From NCBI RefSeq assembly GCF_009914755.1, contig NC_060939.1: a stretch of 64,000 nt of DNA; one strand, given 5' to 3'. Under the pieces are notes generated by a model. That model searched no databases, was not told the DNA's origin, and worked only from the letters and a program-made list of their open reading frames with translations. Positions 27,201 to 49,559 of the stretch are shown here, one piece after another; within the stretch, counting starts at the first letter, position 1; each line of letters opens with the position of its first letter. A program made the translations under genes and the position numbers. The DNA is from the human T2T-CHM13v2.0 reference genome, Homo sapiens.

Positions 27201-28654
27201 TCCACTTCCCTCTCATTAATGGCAAAGCTGTATACTGTAGCCAAGGCATCACTTACCTAGGGGGACGTTAATTCTGCAAATAAGCACCTAAAATAGATGG
27301 GTTCATCCTAATCCCCTTCCCCACCCCACTTCCCAGGGAGATAAAAAGGAACAAAATCACTGTTCTTTTCAACTCACTGATTCAATCATTTTAGCAACCC
27401 TGGGGCGTAAGAGTGATTCATGCTGGGCTTTTGGATGTGTGCAATCTTGGCACAGACCCTCACTACGCCTTAGAGGGAGCTGAGTGACTTGGGAGTATGT
27501 GGGGGAGCACTAGTCAACCAGCAGTCTAAAGCTCCTCATTGGGTTCTAATAAGTGTTGCTGGGAATGAAAGAAGATGGGAGCACCAGACATTTCACCAGG
27601 GTCACTGAATGAAAGAAGTGGATTCAACGTGGGCGCCTTCCAGGCTAATGGGCAAAGAAAACTAGGAAGTCTGTTTTGGGCTTCTCAACTCAAAAATATG
27701 CTCTCTACCTGTCTAATGACCAAGTTTCACCAGCTGCCTCTTCTTTTTATGGAATTTAGATCTTTCACTTAAATGTCTTAAAAGCTCAGGGTAATCTTGT
27801 TAAGCATGCTAAATAGTGCTTAGGTAACATTAAGATGCCAAATGGAACCAATTACCAGGTGTATAAACAAATAATTTTTAAAAGCAGGAAACCTGTCAAA
27901 ACCAAAAAGCACTCTCAACTTTAGAAAGGGAGAACCAACTGAAGCTCTTTAATGGCTCTAAGTAAGCCCTTACCTGAAGCTGATACTAATAACAATGATA
28001 ACCATGAGCAGTGATATGGGTCCAAAATGTCTTCAGACCTGGCCCTGGACACTGGCAGCTTGATGACGCCTGTGATTTGGGAACTAGCAGAAGGCACCAC
28101 TTACCATTACACCCAAACATCCCCCTGTGGCCCTTTTACATGTTTAAACCCTCCAACTTTAGCCCAGCTGCGAAGAATATTATTTCTATAACTTCTATCT
28201 TAAAACATACATTCTAACTGAGAAGGAAGAAACGACTGAAGGAAAAAATTCTCATTAGGATGAATGAGTTCATTAGATTGGCTCATTTATCCTTAGAATA
28301 ACAAGGGGGTGGCACGTGAGGAGATGGCATGTAGGATAACTAAATGTCAACAAAGAACAAACAGTTTGACAGTCATAAGTTCTGGGAGAAAAACGACCTG
28401 GGAGACGGCAACAATGAGTTTGAAAGGATTTTTCTGTTTATCACAGATCAGACATAAAAATGATGATTCACAAGTTCAAAAGATTTTACAGATGCACTCA
28501 CTTCAGCTCACACCGTGTCTTTTGTTTTAATGTGTAGTTGTTGCAAATATTCTAAATGACATTTTAAAATGCAAATATTTTTAAATGACATTGTAAATTC
28601 TGAAAATGTCATTTAAAGCCCAGATTTAGGGCTTCTCTTTAAAAAGTAAAAAGG

Positions 28655-36202
<7,548 letters not shown>

Positions 36203-36537
36203 TTCTGTTGAAGAGTAAAAAGATTTGTCACTATTAGACAGAATTCTCATGTGACAATAATTGCTCAAACAGAAATAACAGCTATTAACAGAGTACAGGT
36301 CTGTTTCTTTACAATGGTTTCCATCACCCCTATTGCATTATGCCCAGTCTATTTTACTCATTTGTGCCACCAGTATGCCCTTGTAGGTCTTAATCAACCT
36401 TTATTCCTAAGGGCACCTAGAGAGAGGATCCTTAAAAGGGAAATGACAGTGCCAATTGTTTGGGGAGGTGCCAAAAGACAGATAACTTTTGGAAAACAGT
36501 ACTTGACAGAAAAAAAAAAAAAAAAAAAGGAAACACC

Positions 36538-36640
36538 AGACTGAGCACAATGGCTTATGCCTATAATCCCAGTTCTTTGGGAAGCTGAGCGCAGGTGTTT
36601 GAGAACAGCCTGAGTACCACAGCAAGACCCCATCTCTACC

Positions 36641-36671
<31 letters not shown>

Positions 36672-36855
36672 GCATGGTGGTGCACACCTGTAGTCTAAGC
36701 TATTTAAGAGGCTGAGACAGGTGTCAGGGGAGGATCCCTTGAGCCCAGGAGTTTGAGGCTGCAGTGAGCTATGATCACACCATTGTACTCTAGCCTACGT
36801 GACAGAGTAAGACGCTGTCTCTAAAAATAAATTAATTAATTAAATAAAAAATTGT
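36538..36855 (+). mobile_element. AluJ
   Basis: J-type 'gagcccaggagtttgaggctgcagtgagctatgatc'; TSD-like aaaaaggaaaca. Confidence 0.9.
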
Positions 36856-37287
36856 AAAAAGGAAACAACTTAGAGCAAAGTTAATACATTACAGCTCATA
36901 CTGGGCTAAGTAGAAAGCACAAGTGGTTCCGGTGATTTAGAGCAGTGTGAGGAAAAAAAGACCATTGAAAACTGTATGATGAAAAAGTTTTCCTGAATCT
37001 CAGCTTCTGATTTATAAGAAGGCAAACCAGGAGTCTTCTTAACAGGTCATATGAACTTTAGAAATAGGCAAAGACTCCCTGTGCAGCAGGGATGCAGCCT
37101 TAAGTACTTTCTTTCTCACAGTTCATGGATGAAGACCGAAGGAACTGAACAGCAATAACGGAGGTTTGGCTTAGGCTGAACATTAGGAACAAACCCCCTT
37201 CCAATATTATATATGTTAAATCTGAGATAGCTGCACAGAATGATAAATTATTTGCACTTAAGTGATCTGTACCCAGTCTTAATTTAT

Positions 37288-37792
37288 TGCTGGGGAGTGA
37301 GTGATGATATGAAGAGGTCAAGGCCATTGAAAGAACAATTTGTTGCTACTCACAGTTCCCCTAGAAACAAGAGGCACAGCACACCATGCAAGGCCACATG
37401 GGGAAGCAGCAGAGTAGATCAGGAGGCAGAAGCAGGAAGGAGCATGGCCTAGAGCCTTTATTGTGTTTTCTTCATGAGAGGCAAGGTGGGACAGGAGAAA
37501 CAGCTTAGTACTGGCTAGTTTGAATAATGTCTGTGGGCTCTGATATAGCATAGGAGTGGTGTCTAGTTGCCTGGTATGATTCAGAGCAGGGAAAGTATTG
37601 AAATGTTGTATGGGAGTTAGAGAAATGAGGTGGTTGAGCTTATGGACTCAGGATTGGTTGGAGAATTTGTAATACGATTTTGAGCACCTGCAAAAGCTTG
37701 TTCACAGGGGATACGTAAACAACTTTGCCCACTGGTTTGGCCCTGTGATTAATGAATGCCAAATAGACAAATACAGAATCTAAGAAAACACA
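37288..37792 (-). mobile_element. ERVL-class solo LTR (MER76-like)
   Basis: Minus strand begins tgtgttttcttagattctgtatttgtc; AATAAA on minus strand (tttatt near 37457); resemblance from memory. Confidence 0.55.
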
Positions 37793-37829
37793 GAACATAA
37801 GTGAACACTGAGAAGCATTCAGTCCAGTC

Positions 37830-37970
37830 ACTTCATTTTACAAATAAGGAAGTTGATATTTAAAGATGTGACCTCATTTGTCCAAAATCCACTGAAGCTT
37901 GCTAGCAGCACTGCATAAAATAAAATCCCTATGCACTATTCCCAACTCTATGATCTCTTGGCTACACTAT
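37830..37970 (-). mobile_element. MIR fragment
   Basis: cattttacaaataaggaagttga...atttgtccaaaatc core. Confidence 0.6.
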
Positions 37971-38020
37971 ATTGACTTATGCAGATAATGCAATTCCATT
38001 CATGTATTGGAAATCTAAAG

Positions 38021-38424
38021 CAGGGATTAGCAAACTTTTTTGTAAAAAATCACCCAGTAAATATTTTATATTAATGCTAATATTTATATTATTTTAATAT
38101 TTATATTATTATTTTTGTAACAAGTCACCTAGTAAATATTTGCAAGTCATACAGTCTCTGTCACAACAACTCAAATCTGCCATTGTAGCACTAAAGCAGC
38201 TGTAGACAATGGATTAAAAAAAAATGGGTGTGGCCATGTCCCACTAAAACTTTATTCAGCAATGCTAAAATTTAAATTTCATATTAATTTTCATATGTCA
38301 TGAAATATTATTTTAAAATTTGTTTTCAATCATTAAAAAATGCCATAACTATTCTTAGCTTGTGGGCTATATACAAAGACAGCAGGCTGAGTTTTGCCCA
38401 TGAACCATAGTTTACTGACCCTTG
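38021..38424. mobile_element. MER58B-like hAT/Charlie MITE
   Basis: TIRs cagggattagcaaact...agtttactgacccttg; 8-bp TSD-like atctaaag/ggctaaag. Confidence 0.85.
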
Positions 38425-38809
38425 GGCTAAAGAATTTGTGTGTAGACTTCCTATGTAATCTCAGATGATTGAGCCAAATGAGAGTTCAACACTCCAGGTC
38501 TTTATTTCTCCATTGATAAAATGAGATAAATACACTATAAGGTCCCTTGTGGACCTGTGGCCTTGAGGTTTTTGCAAAGGATACTCTAACACAAAAATGG
38601 GCTGTAGGCTCTTTTATGGGAAGCTCTTCAGAATACTTCTACCTGAAATATCTCCAGGAACCACAGCAATTCAGGAACTACAGTGTGAAGAACATTAGAT
38701 ACACAGAATATTAAAATTAAAAAAGATCTGTTGGATGATGTTTAGGAAACATGATAAGAGACATTTCTGTACTTCTCAAAGCTACTGTAAATTAGGAGTA
38801 CCCAAAGAA

Positions 38810-39625
<816 letters not shown>

Positions 39626-40894
39626 GGGATGATAGAGGGAAGGGGGAAATCAACATTTTCTAAAGTCATTTGACCTCAAAACACTTTTTTCTATGAAGCA
39701 TCCCAACTTAATTGACTCTAGAACTCCTTCATTCATAAAGCATCTGTCCTTGGGGAGATACTGCAATAAGGTAGATAGGATAATCTTAGTAAAATTAGAA
39801 GATCTCTTCAGGGTCTATTTTCTAGGATCAAAATGACAAAGCATTCACTAAATACCAATAAGCTTCTGATATCCCTGGGGCAGAAAGTAGGCCAATTCAT
39901 TCCACACAGTGCCAGGCACGAGGTCAACTCCAACATGAAAAGCACAGTGAAAAACAATTTACCTCCAAATGAGGTTGCCATCTGAAGTGAGGCATGTCAG
40001 AGGAGGGACAGAATGTTCAAAGTGTGGTTGGAATCAAGACAACGCATGACCATCTGCCATCCAAGTACCATCTTCTGAATCGTTTAGCCACCTGCACACC
40101 TGTGCAGGCATGTCACATTGAGGAAGGGATTGCCATGCCATCATAATGAGCAATAAAAACAAAAGCTCAAGAAATCACTCTTAGGCCTCTGATACCATTA
40201 CTTTCCTAAATTTAGAATCTGCCCCCAAGAAGAAACATATGGAAAAAGAGATTCATAAGCCTAAATCCTAAATCTAAACAAGACTGAAGTTTCTGTGTGA
40301 TCTGAATTTTTAGACTACCGGGTCATATGTGGAAAATCAGCAAGCTGTTAAAGGAATAGCATGGCAAATGCTGAACAGATCCTAATCTGGAATCCATTAC
40401 GTATCTTCTCATTTTGAACTTTGATCAACACAAAAATCACCTCTTCTCTAACCTCATTCAGATTTCACCTCTAGATCTACTTTTCCCAGGAAAGCCAAAT
40501 AAATCCATCCAAAACTAATTATAGAGAAGTGCCTCTAAGTGCTCAAAGCAATCAGTTCCCCTAAAGAGCTTTGCACAAAAGAGCACAGCTCGCCTATTCT
40601 AGTTCTTTAGACCTTCAACACCAGAGATTGGGTTTGTGTAAATGTGATGTGCTTGTCTAGGATTCATTATGTGAGAAATGTTATTTACTTGGTCTATATT
40701 CTCTAGGCAACAGTATTTTTATTCTAAATGTTAGATAAGGTCCTCCCAGTTCAAGTGCCTCTCCTTAAAAAGACGTTTCAATTTGGGAACTCTAAAGATA
40801 CCAAAAGTCACACCATTAGTAAGAACTCACCAAATATATTATATCCAGGAAAATAGATATGCCCTTTTCTAATTAGTTAGCTTAAGCATATAAT

Positions 40895-41141
40895 GGGAAA
40901 GCAACACAGCAGAGCAGTTAGATATCCAAACTTAGAGGTCAGATTGCCTGGGTTCACACTGGCTTCACCACTAAATAGCTGTGTGACCTGAGTCAAGTCA
41001 CTCAAGCTCTCTGAGACTCCATTTCTGTATATATAAATGAGGCATGGTAACACATGTAAGTGAAATGCATGTAAGTGAAAATGCATATAAAGTGTTTAGC
41101 ATTGTATCTGGAGCATAATGAGCTTTAAAACAGTAGGTATT
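40895..41141 (+). mobile_element. MIR
   Basis: tcagattgcctgggttca...tagctgtgtgacctgagtcaagtcactcaagctctctgag...ataaatgagg. Confidence 0.85.
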
Positions 41142-42289
<1,148 letters not shown>

Positions 42290-42297
42290 ATCTTTTA

Positions 42298-42762
42298 TGT
42301 ATCTATTGCTGTGTGACAAAACTTAGTTACTTAAACAGCAAATGTGTTATCCCACAGTATCTGTGGGTCAGGAACCTGGGCACAGCTTAGTTTGGTGTCT
42401 GTCCCTCAAGGTGTCTCACAAGGTTGGAATCAAGATATCGGCAGAGGCTGTGGTCTCATCTCAAGGCTTGAGTGAAGAAGGAACTAAGGAAGATTCAGTG
42501 CTGCATAATAGTAGACTGAGGGCCTCAAATCTTGCTGAGTGTGGACAGAAGCTACTCTCAGTTTCTTGTCACACGTGTCCCTTCATACAACAGCTTACAA
42601 CACAGCAGCTGACTTCATCAGAATGAGCATGACAGTGATCGAGAGAGAGAGAGTGTGTGTGTGCGATGGTGGAAGTCAACACCTTTTTAAACTTAATCTC
42701 AGAAATGATAGCCTATCACTTTTGCTGCAGTGTCTTTGTTAGAAGTGAGTCACTAGGTCTAA
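42298..42762 (-). mobile_element. MLT1F-type LTR
   Basis: tctattgctgtgtgacaaa...ctgtgggtcaggaa...gactgagggcctca...ttagaagtgagtcactagg. Confidence 0.75.
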
Positions 42763-43086
42763 GGACATTAACTATCCAGAATAGTTACCTGCACCAAGTC
42801 TTTTCATTTGACAGCTGCCCTGGCTCTTTATCACCTGCTGACCTTTTTTTTGAATACTAACCTAATCTAATTCACATTGGTCTGTTTATTATAGAATGCA
42901 GGACTGTTAATAGAAAAAGTTCCCAGTTGTTCAATCTGCAAATGCCCAAAATTCAGACTTTAAAATAAAAATCTACCATGTCTATGTAGATTTATGGTTT
43001 TACATTTGCTTCCACGTGTTTCTGTGTATCTTTTCCTGCTCTGAAAAATATGTCTGTTATGTAGTTGCCTAAGAATGGCTTCTTCT

Positions 43087-43388
43087 GGCCAGGCATGGTG
43101 GCTCATGCTTGTAATCCCAACATTTTGGGAGGCCAAGGCGGGCAGATCACAAGGTCATGAGATCGAGACCACCCTGGCTCACATGGTGAAATCCCATCTC
43201 TACTGAAAATACAAAAAAGTAGCCTGGCGCAGTGCCGGGTGCCTGTAGTCCCAGCTACTCAGGAGGCTGAAGGAGGAGAATGGCATGAACCTGGGAGGCG
43301 GAGGTTGCCGTGAGCCAAGATCGCGCCACTGCACTCCACCCTAGGTGACAGAGCGAGACTCCGTCTCAAAAAAAAAAGAAAAAAAGAA
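43087..43388 (+). mobile_element. AluSc/Y-type
   Basis: Full dimer; perfect 16-bp TSD aagaatggcttcttct (43071-43086, 43389-43404). Confidence 0.96.
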
Positions 43389-44019
43389 AAGAATGGCTTC
43401 TTCTATGTGGTGAGAGGGTTTTCATAGATTTCCTTGCATTTGGCACAAGGAGAACAACTTCCAGCCCAGAACATCTTTTCTTGCTCTCAATGGTCACTCC
43501 ATATGTCTCTCACGGTGCCTCTCACCAGCCCCAGAATCCATGGCTAGCCTTCAAAACTGTCCTTTTGTTTCACTAACATTTTGCTGTTTGACATTCACAC
43601 CACTCAAATCAAATATTATCGATTTTTTGAGCAGAAAATATCTTCAATTTATCTCATCAAGCCTCAAAGAGAAAAGCTCAGAGGGCTTTCTCTCTGATAT
43701 TCTCAGTGCTAGTTAAGGACACAGTTGATGTTGAAGCCTGTTGTCTCAACTCCCAATAGGAGTAGTCGTGTGTGTGTGTGTGTGTGTGCACATACACGTG
43801 TATGTGTGTTGCTCATTTTGCACTGCTTTTAGATGTTATGATTAGTTCTCAAATACACAATATGTACTCAGGAAATGTTTGTAAGCAACATCAAAATCCA
43901 TGCTAGAACAAAAATGATATCTAAAAGAAGCATAAAATTGTGATGAGGAGGCTGATGAGAAGTGATGTTCATGTGTGAGCTTGGTCCCATGCAGAACACT
44001 AATTCTTTCTTCGGCTTCC

Positions 44020-44752
44020 TGTCCTAGTATCAGTCAAAGTCAGGAGACAGAAAGAACACAGTAATTTGAAGAGGAAATGTTAATGTAAAGAATTATTAAT
44101 CATTTATAGGGGATTAGCTACCAAGAAGGGATAATAGAGAAATCTAAAGATTACCTGAGGTCTGAATGAGAGAACCCAAAGAAGGAACAAACTTGGAAGG
44201 GGGCCTCTTCCTCAGGACTGGGATACAGATCACAATAAAGGGACTGTGGCTTCAGCCTGTAGGATAGGAGAGAAGTCACAGTTGGTCCATAGTCTGCAGG
44301 CCAAGGGTGGCAGACAGAGAACCACCACTGGGTGCCAGTGAAACTCCCGAGGAAGCTGTCAGCAGAGGCTGCTGATGAATTCACTGAAGGCTGTCAAAAG
44401 TTACCTACAGAACTCATCCAGAAGCCACCCACAAAGATGTTGCTAAGATCACAAAGAAGCCACCTTTCCAGGAAGCTGCCTGTGGCTAGTACCACTTAAA
44501 CTTGCCAGGGGTCATCTCCACTGGGTATCCTGTATAGGCAGGCCAAGCACCACAGGAAGGAGGGAAAAGGACAGCTAAAGCAGGAAAAGAAGTCCCTCCC
44601 CCCTCTAGTGTTCCTCTATTGCCATCTACTAAAAAACTTGACATGGTGCCAAGAGGTAAAGAAGAAATGCTTACGAGATCCATCTTGGCTATCAAGCACA
44701 ACATTAAAGGGTGGATTTGGAGCTGAGAGACAGTAATTCAATAACAGCCACA
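44020..44752 (-). mobile_element. ERVL LTR (LTR41/LTR52-like)
   Basis: Minus strand begins tgtggctgttattgaattactgtctctcagctccaaatccaccc; other end caggagacagaaa. Confidence 0.65.
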
Positions 44753-45004
44753 CTCTTGTCATCAGTGATGTGATAGGAGCTCTAATCTCAGCTCTGCTAA
44801 TGTGCTAACACCTAGGGACTTCTTAAACAGATGATTCCCTGCATGTCACCTTAGTATTGCTTCACTTTTCTTAATCCAGTCTATGGAACATTTTGAGTTT
44901 GATAGACCCAATGAGCCACTCTATTACTTCAACATGTGATAATTTAAAATAGCAAATAATTTTTTCTATTTTATTTTTCCTGATACCAATCACTAAGATA
45001 ATCT

Positions 45005-45484
45005 GGATTCAATTTATACTGTTACTATAGCAAATTATCATAAATTTAGTGACTTAAAACTATATACAAATTTATTTTCCTACAGCTCTGGAGGTCAGAA
45101 ATCAAAAATGGGTCTGCTGGGCTGCATTCCTTCTGCAGGCTCTAGGGAAGAATCTGTTTCTATTTTTAGCTTCTAAAGGTGAACTGCATTTCTTGGCTCA
45201 TGACTCCTTCTTTCATCTCCAAAGCTAGCAGTGTATCATCTTCTCTGCTCTCTGACCCCTGCTTCTGTCCTCACATTATCTGACTTTGTTCATTTTGCCT
45301 CCCTCTAAGGACTGTTGCAATTACATTGGGTCCATGAGGATCATCTAGAATAATTCCCTCACCTCAAGATAGTTAATTTAATCATACCTGCAAAATATTT
45401 TTTTGCCATGTAAGGTAATATATTCATAGGTTCTGGATACTAAGGCATAGATATCTTTGGGAGGCCATTATTCTTTCTATCATA
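45005..45484 (-). mobile_element. MLT1D-type LTR
   Basis: ctggaggtcagaaatc...ggctctagggaagaatc...tttgccatgtaaggtaa...gaggccattattc. Confidence 0.8.
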
Positions 45485-46047
45485 TACTCCTTCCTAAAAT
45501 TAAAGTCTCTTGGATATTACCTAGTTTTGCTTCGTGTACATTTTGTCATTTAAAAGAATTTCAAAACCTCCCTGCTCTGACCCTGGCTTTCAAGACACCA
45601 AGATACGATCGATTACAAACACTTGATTTCCCTTCAGCTCCCCATTCTTAATTTCAAGAAAATTTTGTTTCCTCAACTTTAACCCTCCTTCTAATTTCTT
45701 CAAAAATAAAATAGAAATACTTTAGCTTATGAATTTGCTAGAACTAATGACATAAGCTTCCTGCAAACCATTAGGTATACCAATCTCTCTGTAGCTACTT
45801 CAATTGTCTTCCAAGAGTTAGAGGGATTTCTGAATTGATAGAGAGAGGTGAAAATGGCATTCAGTGCGTGTGTGCACACATGTTCTACCCCCGCAAGTTC
45901 TACCCCACAAGACTAAAATTGTTTAATGTGTTTCCCTTTCTTTCTATGTTCCCTGTACTCTCCTTCTGCCTCTCAGTATATGGCAGTAGAGAAAGTTGAA
46001 TGCATAATTAATTCTAAGTCACTTAAAGATCCTAAAGGAAAAGACAC

Positions 46048-46094
46048 TGTATTAGTCAAGGTTCTCTTAGAGGAACAGAACTAATAGGAGAAAG

Positions 46095-46146
<52 letters not shown>

Positions 46147-46515
46147 TTTATGAAGTATTAACTTACACAATCATAAGGTCCCACAATAGGCCATCTGCAA
46201 GCTGAGGAGCAAGGAGAGCCAGTCCAAGTCCCAAAACTAAAGAACTTGGAGTCCGATGTTAGAGGACAGGAAGCATCCAGTATGAGAAAGATGTAGACTG
46301 CGAGGCTAGGCCTATCTCTCCTTTTCATGTTTTTCTGCCTGCTTTATATTTGCTGGCAGCTGATTCAATTGTGTCCACCAGATTAAGGGTGGATCTGCCT
46401 TCCGAAGCTCACTGACTCAAATGTTAATCTCTTTTGGCAACACCCTCATAGACACACCCAGGATCAATGCTTTGCATCCTTCAATCCAATCAAGTTGACA
46501 GTATTAACCATCACA
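46048..46515 (-). mobile_element. MLT2A1 (HERV-L) solo LTR with (TA)n at 46097-46143
   Basis: tgtattagtcaaggttctc...aaggtcccacaataggcc...aatccaatcaagttgaca...aaccatcaca. Confidence 0.88.
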
Positions 46516-46544
46516 GGAACTTTCCAATTAGAGGACAGAAAGTC

Positions 46545-47487
46545 AAATGCAACTAGGAAACAATAAGATACGAATACCCACTAACCACCATTTAATGATA
46601 TTAAATTAATACCATTAAAATTGCCAAAACTCAAAACACTGACAACACCAAGTGCTAAAAGATGTGGAACAACAGGAACTGTATTCATTGCTGGTGGGAA
46701 TGCAGAATGGTACAGCCATTCTGGAATATGCTTTGGCAGTTTCTTACAAAACTAAACATACCCTAATCATAAAATCTATAAATCATATTCTTTGGTATTT
46801 ACCCAAAAATTTGAACACTTATGTCCACACAAAAGGTGTTTTCACAAAGATGTTTGTCACAGCATTATTCTTAACAGTCAAAGCTTGGAAGCAACCAAGA
46901 TGGCGTTCAGTAGGTAAATGTATAAATAAACTATGGTACATCCAGACAATGGACTATTTATTATTCAGTGATAAAAATAAATGAGCTATCAAGTCATAAA
47001 AAGAGATGGAGGAATCTTCAACATATATTACCAAGTGAAAGAAGCCCAACTGAAAAGGCTTTTTACTATATGATTTCAACTATATGACATTCTAGAAAAA
47101 GCAAAACTATGAAGAAAGTAAAAGCATCAGTGGCTGCCCAGGGTTGGGGGAAGGAAGGGATGAATATGCAGAGCATAGAGGATTTTTAGGGCAGTGAAAT
47201 TATTCTGCATGATACTGTAACAGTAGATGTGTGTCATTTTATATATCCATCCAAACCCACAGAATGTACAACACCAAGGGTTAACCCAAATGTAAACTAC
47301 GGACTTCGGATGATACTGGGACGTCAATGTAGGTTCATCAGTTGTAACAAATGCACCCCTATGGTGGGGGGTGTTGATAATGGGGGAGGCTATGTGTGTA
47401 TGGAGGCAGGGGCTATATGGGAAATCTCTGCACCTTCTGCTCAATGTTGCTGTGAACCTAAAACTGCTCTAAAAAATAAAGTCTATT
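46545..47487 (+). mobile_element. L1MC1-like 3' fragment
   Basis: gacaacaccaagtgct...cacagaatgtacaacaccaag...gaacctaaaactgctctaaaaaataaagtc. Confidence 0.85.
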
Positions 47488-49001
47488 TTTTAATGGGATT
47501 ATGAAGAAATGAAAAAGGAATTTATATTAGCCCATTGCCAATAACAGTGAAAAGTGAAGATTAAGACCAGCAAGAATATTTGTGCCACTTATGAGCAATC
47601 GAAAACCTGTCAGTGTAGCCACTGTATCAGGCTCTGTGGGCAATGGGGACTCCTCATGAACTCCCAAGGTAACTTGAAAGTAAATTAACCAGCCTAAGAC
47701 AGATAATCCAGTGGTCCTAAAAGATGGATGATTTGAGGGGTGCTGATTTGGTGCAAGACTAAATGGCAAAGGAGTTCAATCTCTGCTCAAACACCAGTGA
47801 ATACATGAGCCATCTCAGGATCAAGCACCTACGGTAACTTCCAGAGCCGCAGAAATGAGCAGTGGTCAGTTATACTTTCAGCCTGGGCAAAGTCTAGTCC
47901 CCAAGCACAAAGGAAAGGTATATAATAAGGCCTAAGTTATAATGGAAATTATGGAATGCTCCTGCTTTAAATTTTTGGAAATATCACCCTATAATCCTCC
48001 CTTTCTGACCACTGTGTCCTCTGCCGCTTGCCTTAACACTGTCAAAAAGTTTATCTGGGTTTATTCACACCCATAACTACTAGTAGGAGAAAAGAATAAA
48101 GTTTGTTGTTGCTGTTGTTGTCATACCATAGGGGTTAGACACCCTGACCTAGGCTTTTTTTTTTCCAACTATTTAAACCTCTAAAGAACAGATTATGAAC
48201 ACTGGATCACAAAGACAGAGTGCAAGAAAGAGAGACACAGAATGAGAGACAGAGAGAGAGAGGATACGGCTGTATTTATATGGCCAGGGGTCTTCCACTG
48301 AAGATAGTGGACTGAGTTCAAGTTTTTTTCTTTGCATTGCTTCCACTAAAATTTCACTGACATAAAAAAATACTAATAAATATACAGCACCTGTGAAAGC
48401 AATGAAACCTTCTGCAAATGACCAGAAACTTAAGGAATTTCTGGATATTATAAAAGCATATAGAATCAAATTAATTTATAAGTTAATTGCCAAAACTTCT
48501 GCCTCCTAATACTAGTAAAGAAGGAGGGGTGATGGAGGAGTGCATAGTTTGGTTTCCTAACGGAGTTCAGAAAAGTTTAAATCTCCGAGAAGCAGGAGTG
48601 GGTCATGGAAGCATGGGAGTGCGTGGGGTCTTAGAAATATGGCAGGAGCTGGGCCAGAATCCTGCTCTGTGCAAAGCAACTCCCTAACAAAAATGGTAAC
48701 CTGCCTGCCGGAGAGGAGCCAGAGAAATGGCTGTGCCTTGTTCAAATTTAGATCGGTATAATGGAAGAAAAGGAAAAGGAAAAAAGCACTCAGTGGTACA
48801 GGAAAGGCTTTTAAAGCATTGTCTTCATCATAAGAAGTTCCTGCTTCCTCAGTTGAGGGGCTCCTATTCTGTCAGTCTGCTTACCATTAAAACATCCTAG
48901 AAGAAAACACAGCTTTTAGAAGTGCCCACCTACTCACTGCATCTGAGTAAGGGTACTCAGAGGGCACCGCAGGCAGTCATCTGAAAAGCAAGGAGGCCTG
49001 C

Positions 49002-49369
49002 AGATATGATTTGTCTCTGTGTCCCCACCCAAGTCTTATCTCCAATTGTAGTCCCTGTATGTTGGGGGCAGGGCCTGGCGAGAGGTGATTGAATCATGAG
49101 ATTGGACTTCCCCCTTGCTGTTCTTGTGATCGTGAGCGAGCTCTCATGAGATCTGGTTGTTTGAAAGCGTGTGGCACTTCCCCCTTCACTCTCTCTCTCT
49201 CTTGCTCTGCCATGGGAAGATGTGCCTTGCTTCCCCTTTGCCTTTTGCCACAACTGTAAGTTTCATGAGGCCTCCCCAGCCATGCAGAACTATAAGTCAA
49301 ACCTCTTTTCTTCATAAGTCACCCAGTCTCAGGTAGTTTTTTATAGCAGTGCGAAAATGGACTAATACA
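49002..49369 (+). mobile_element. MSTA-like solo LTR
   Basis: gatatgatttgtctctgtgtccccaccc...ggactaataca; perfect TSD cctgc (48997-49001, 49370-49374). Confidence 0.9.
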
Positions 49370-49559
49370 CCTGCTTAGGGCTGTGTATCAGTGACATTCA
49401 CAAATTCTGAAGAAACCCACACTTGATACCATCGTTAATCAAGGCAAGCCTTTACTGGTAAACAGTAATAGACAACAAAGAAGAAAGTCAACAGGCTAAG
49501 AGAAGGGCACCAACATAACTAAGCTGAAGACTTAACTCTAAGTAAAGAGCGTTAAAGCA

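Noticed and set aside
40091-40108. Palindrome cctgcaca-cc-tgtgcagg
   Set aside because: An 8-bp stem is expected by chance in 64 kb.
41053-41086. Short duplications (catgtaagtgaaatg in MIR; gtagagac at 15155-15170; ccttagt x3 near 10494)
   Set aside because: Common slippage events.
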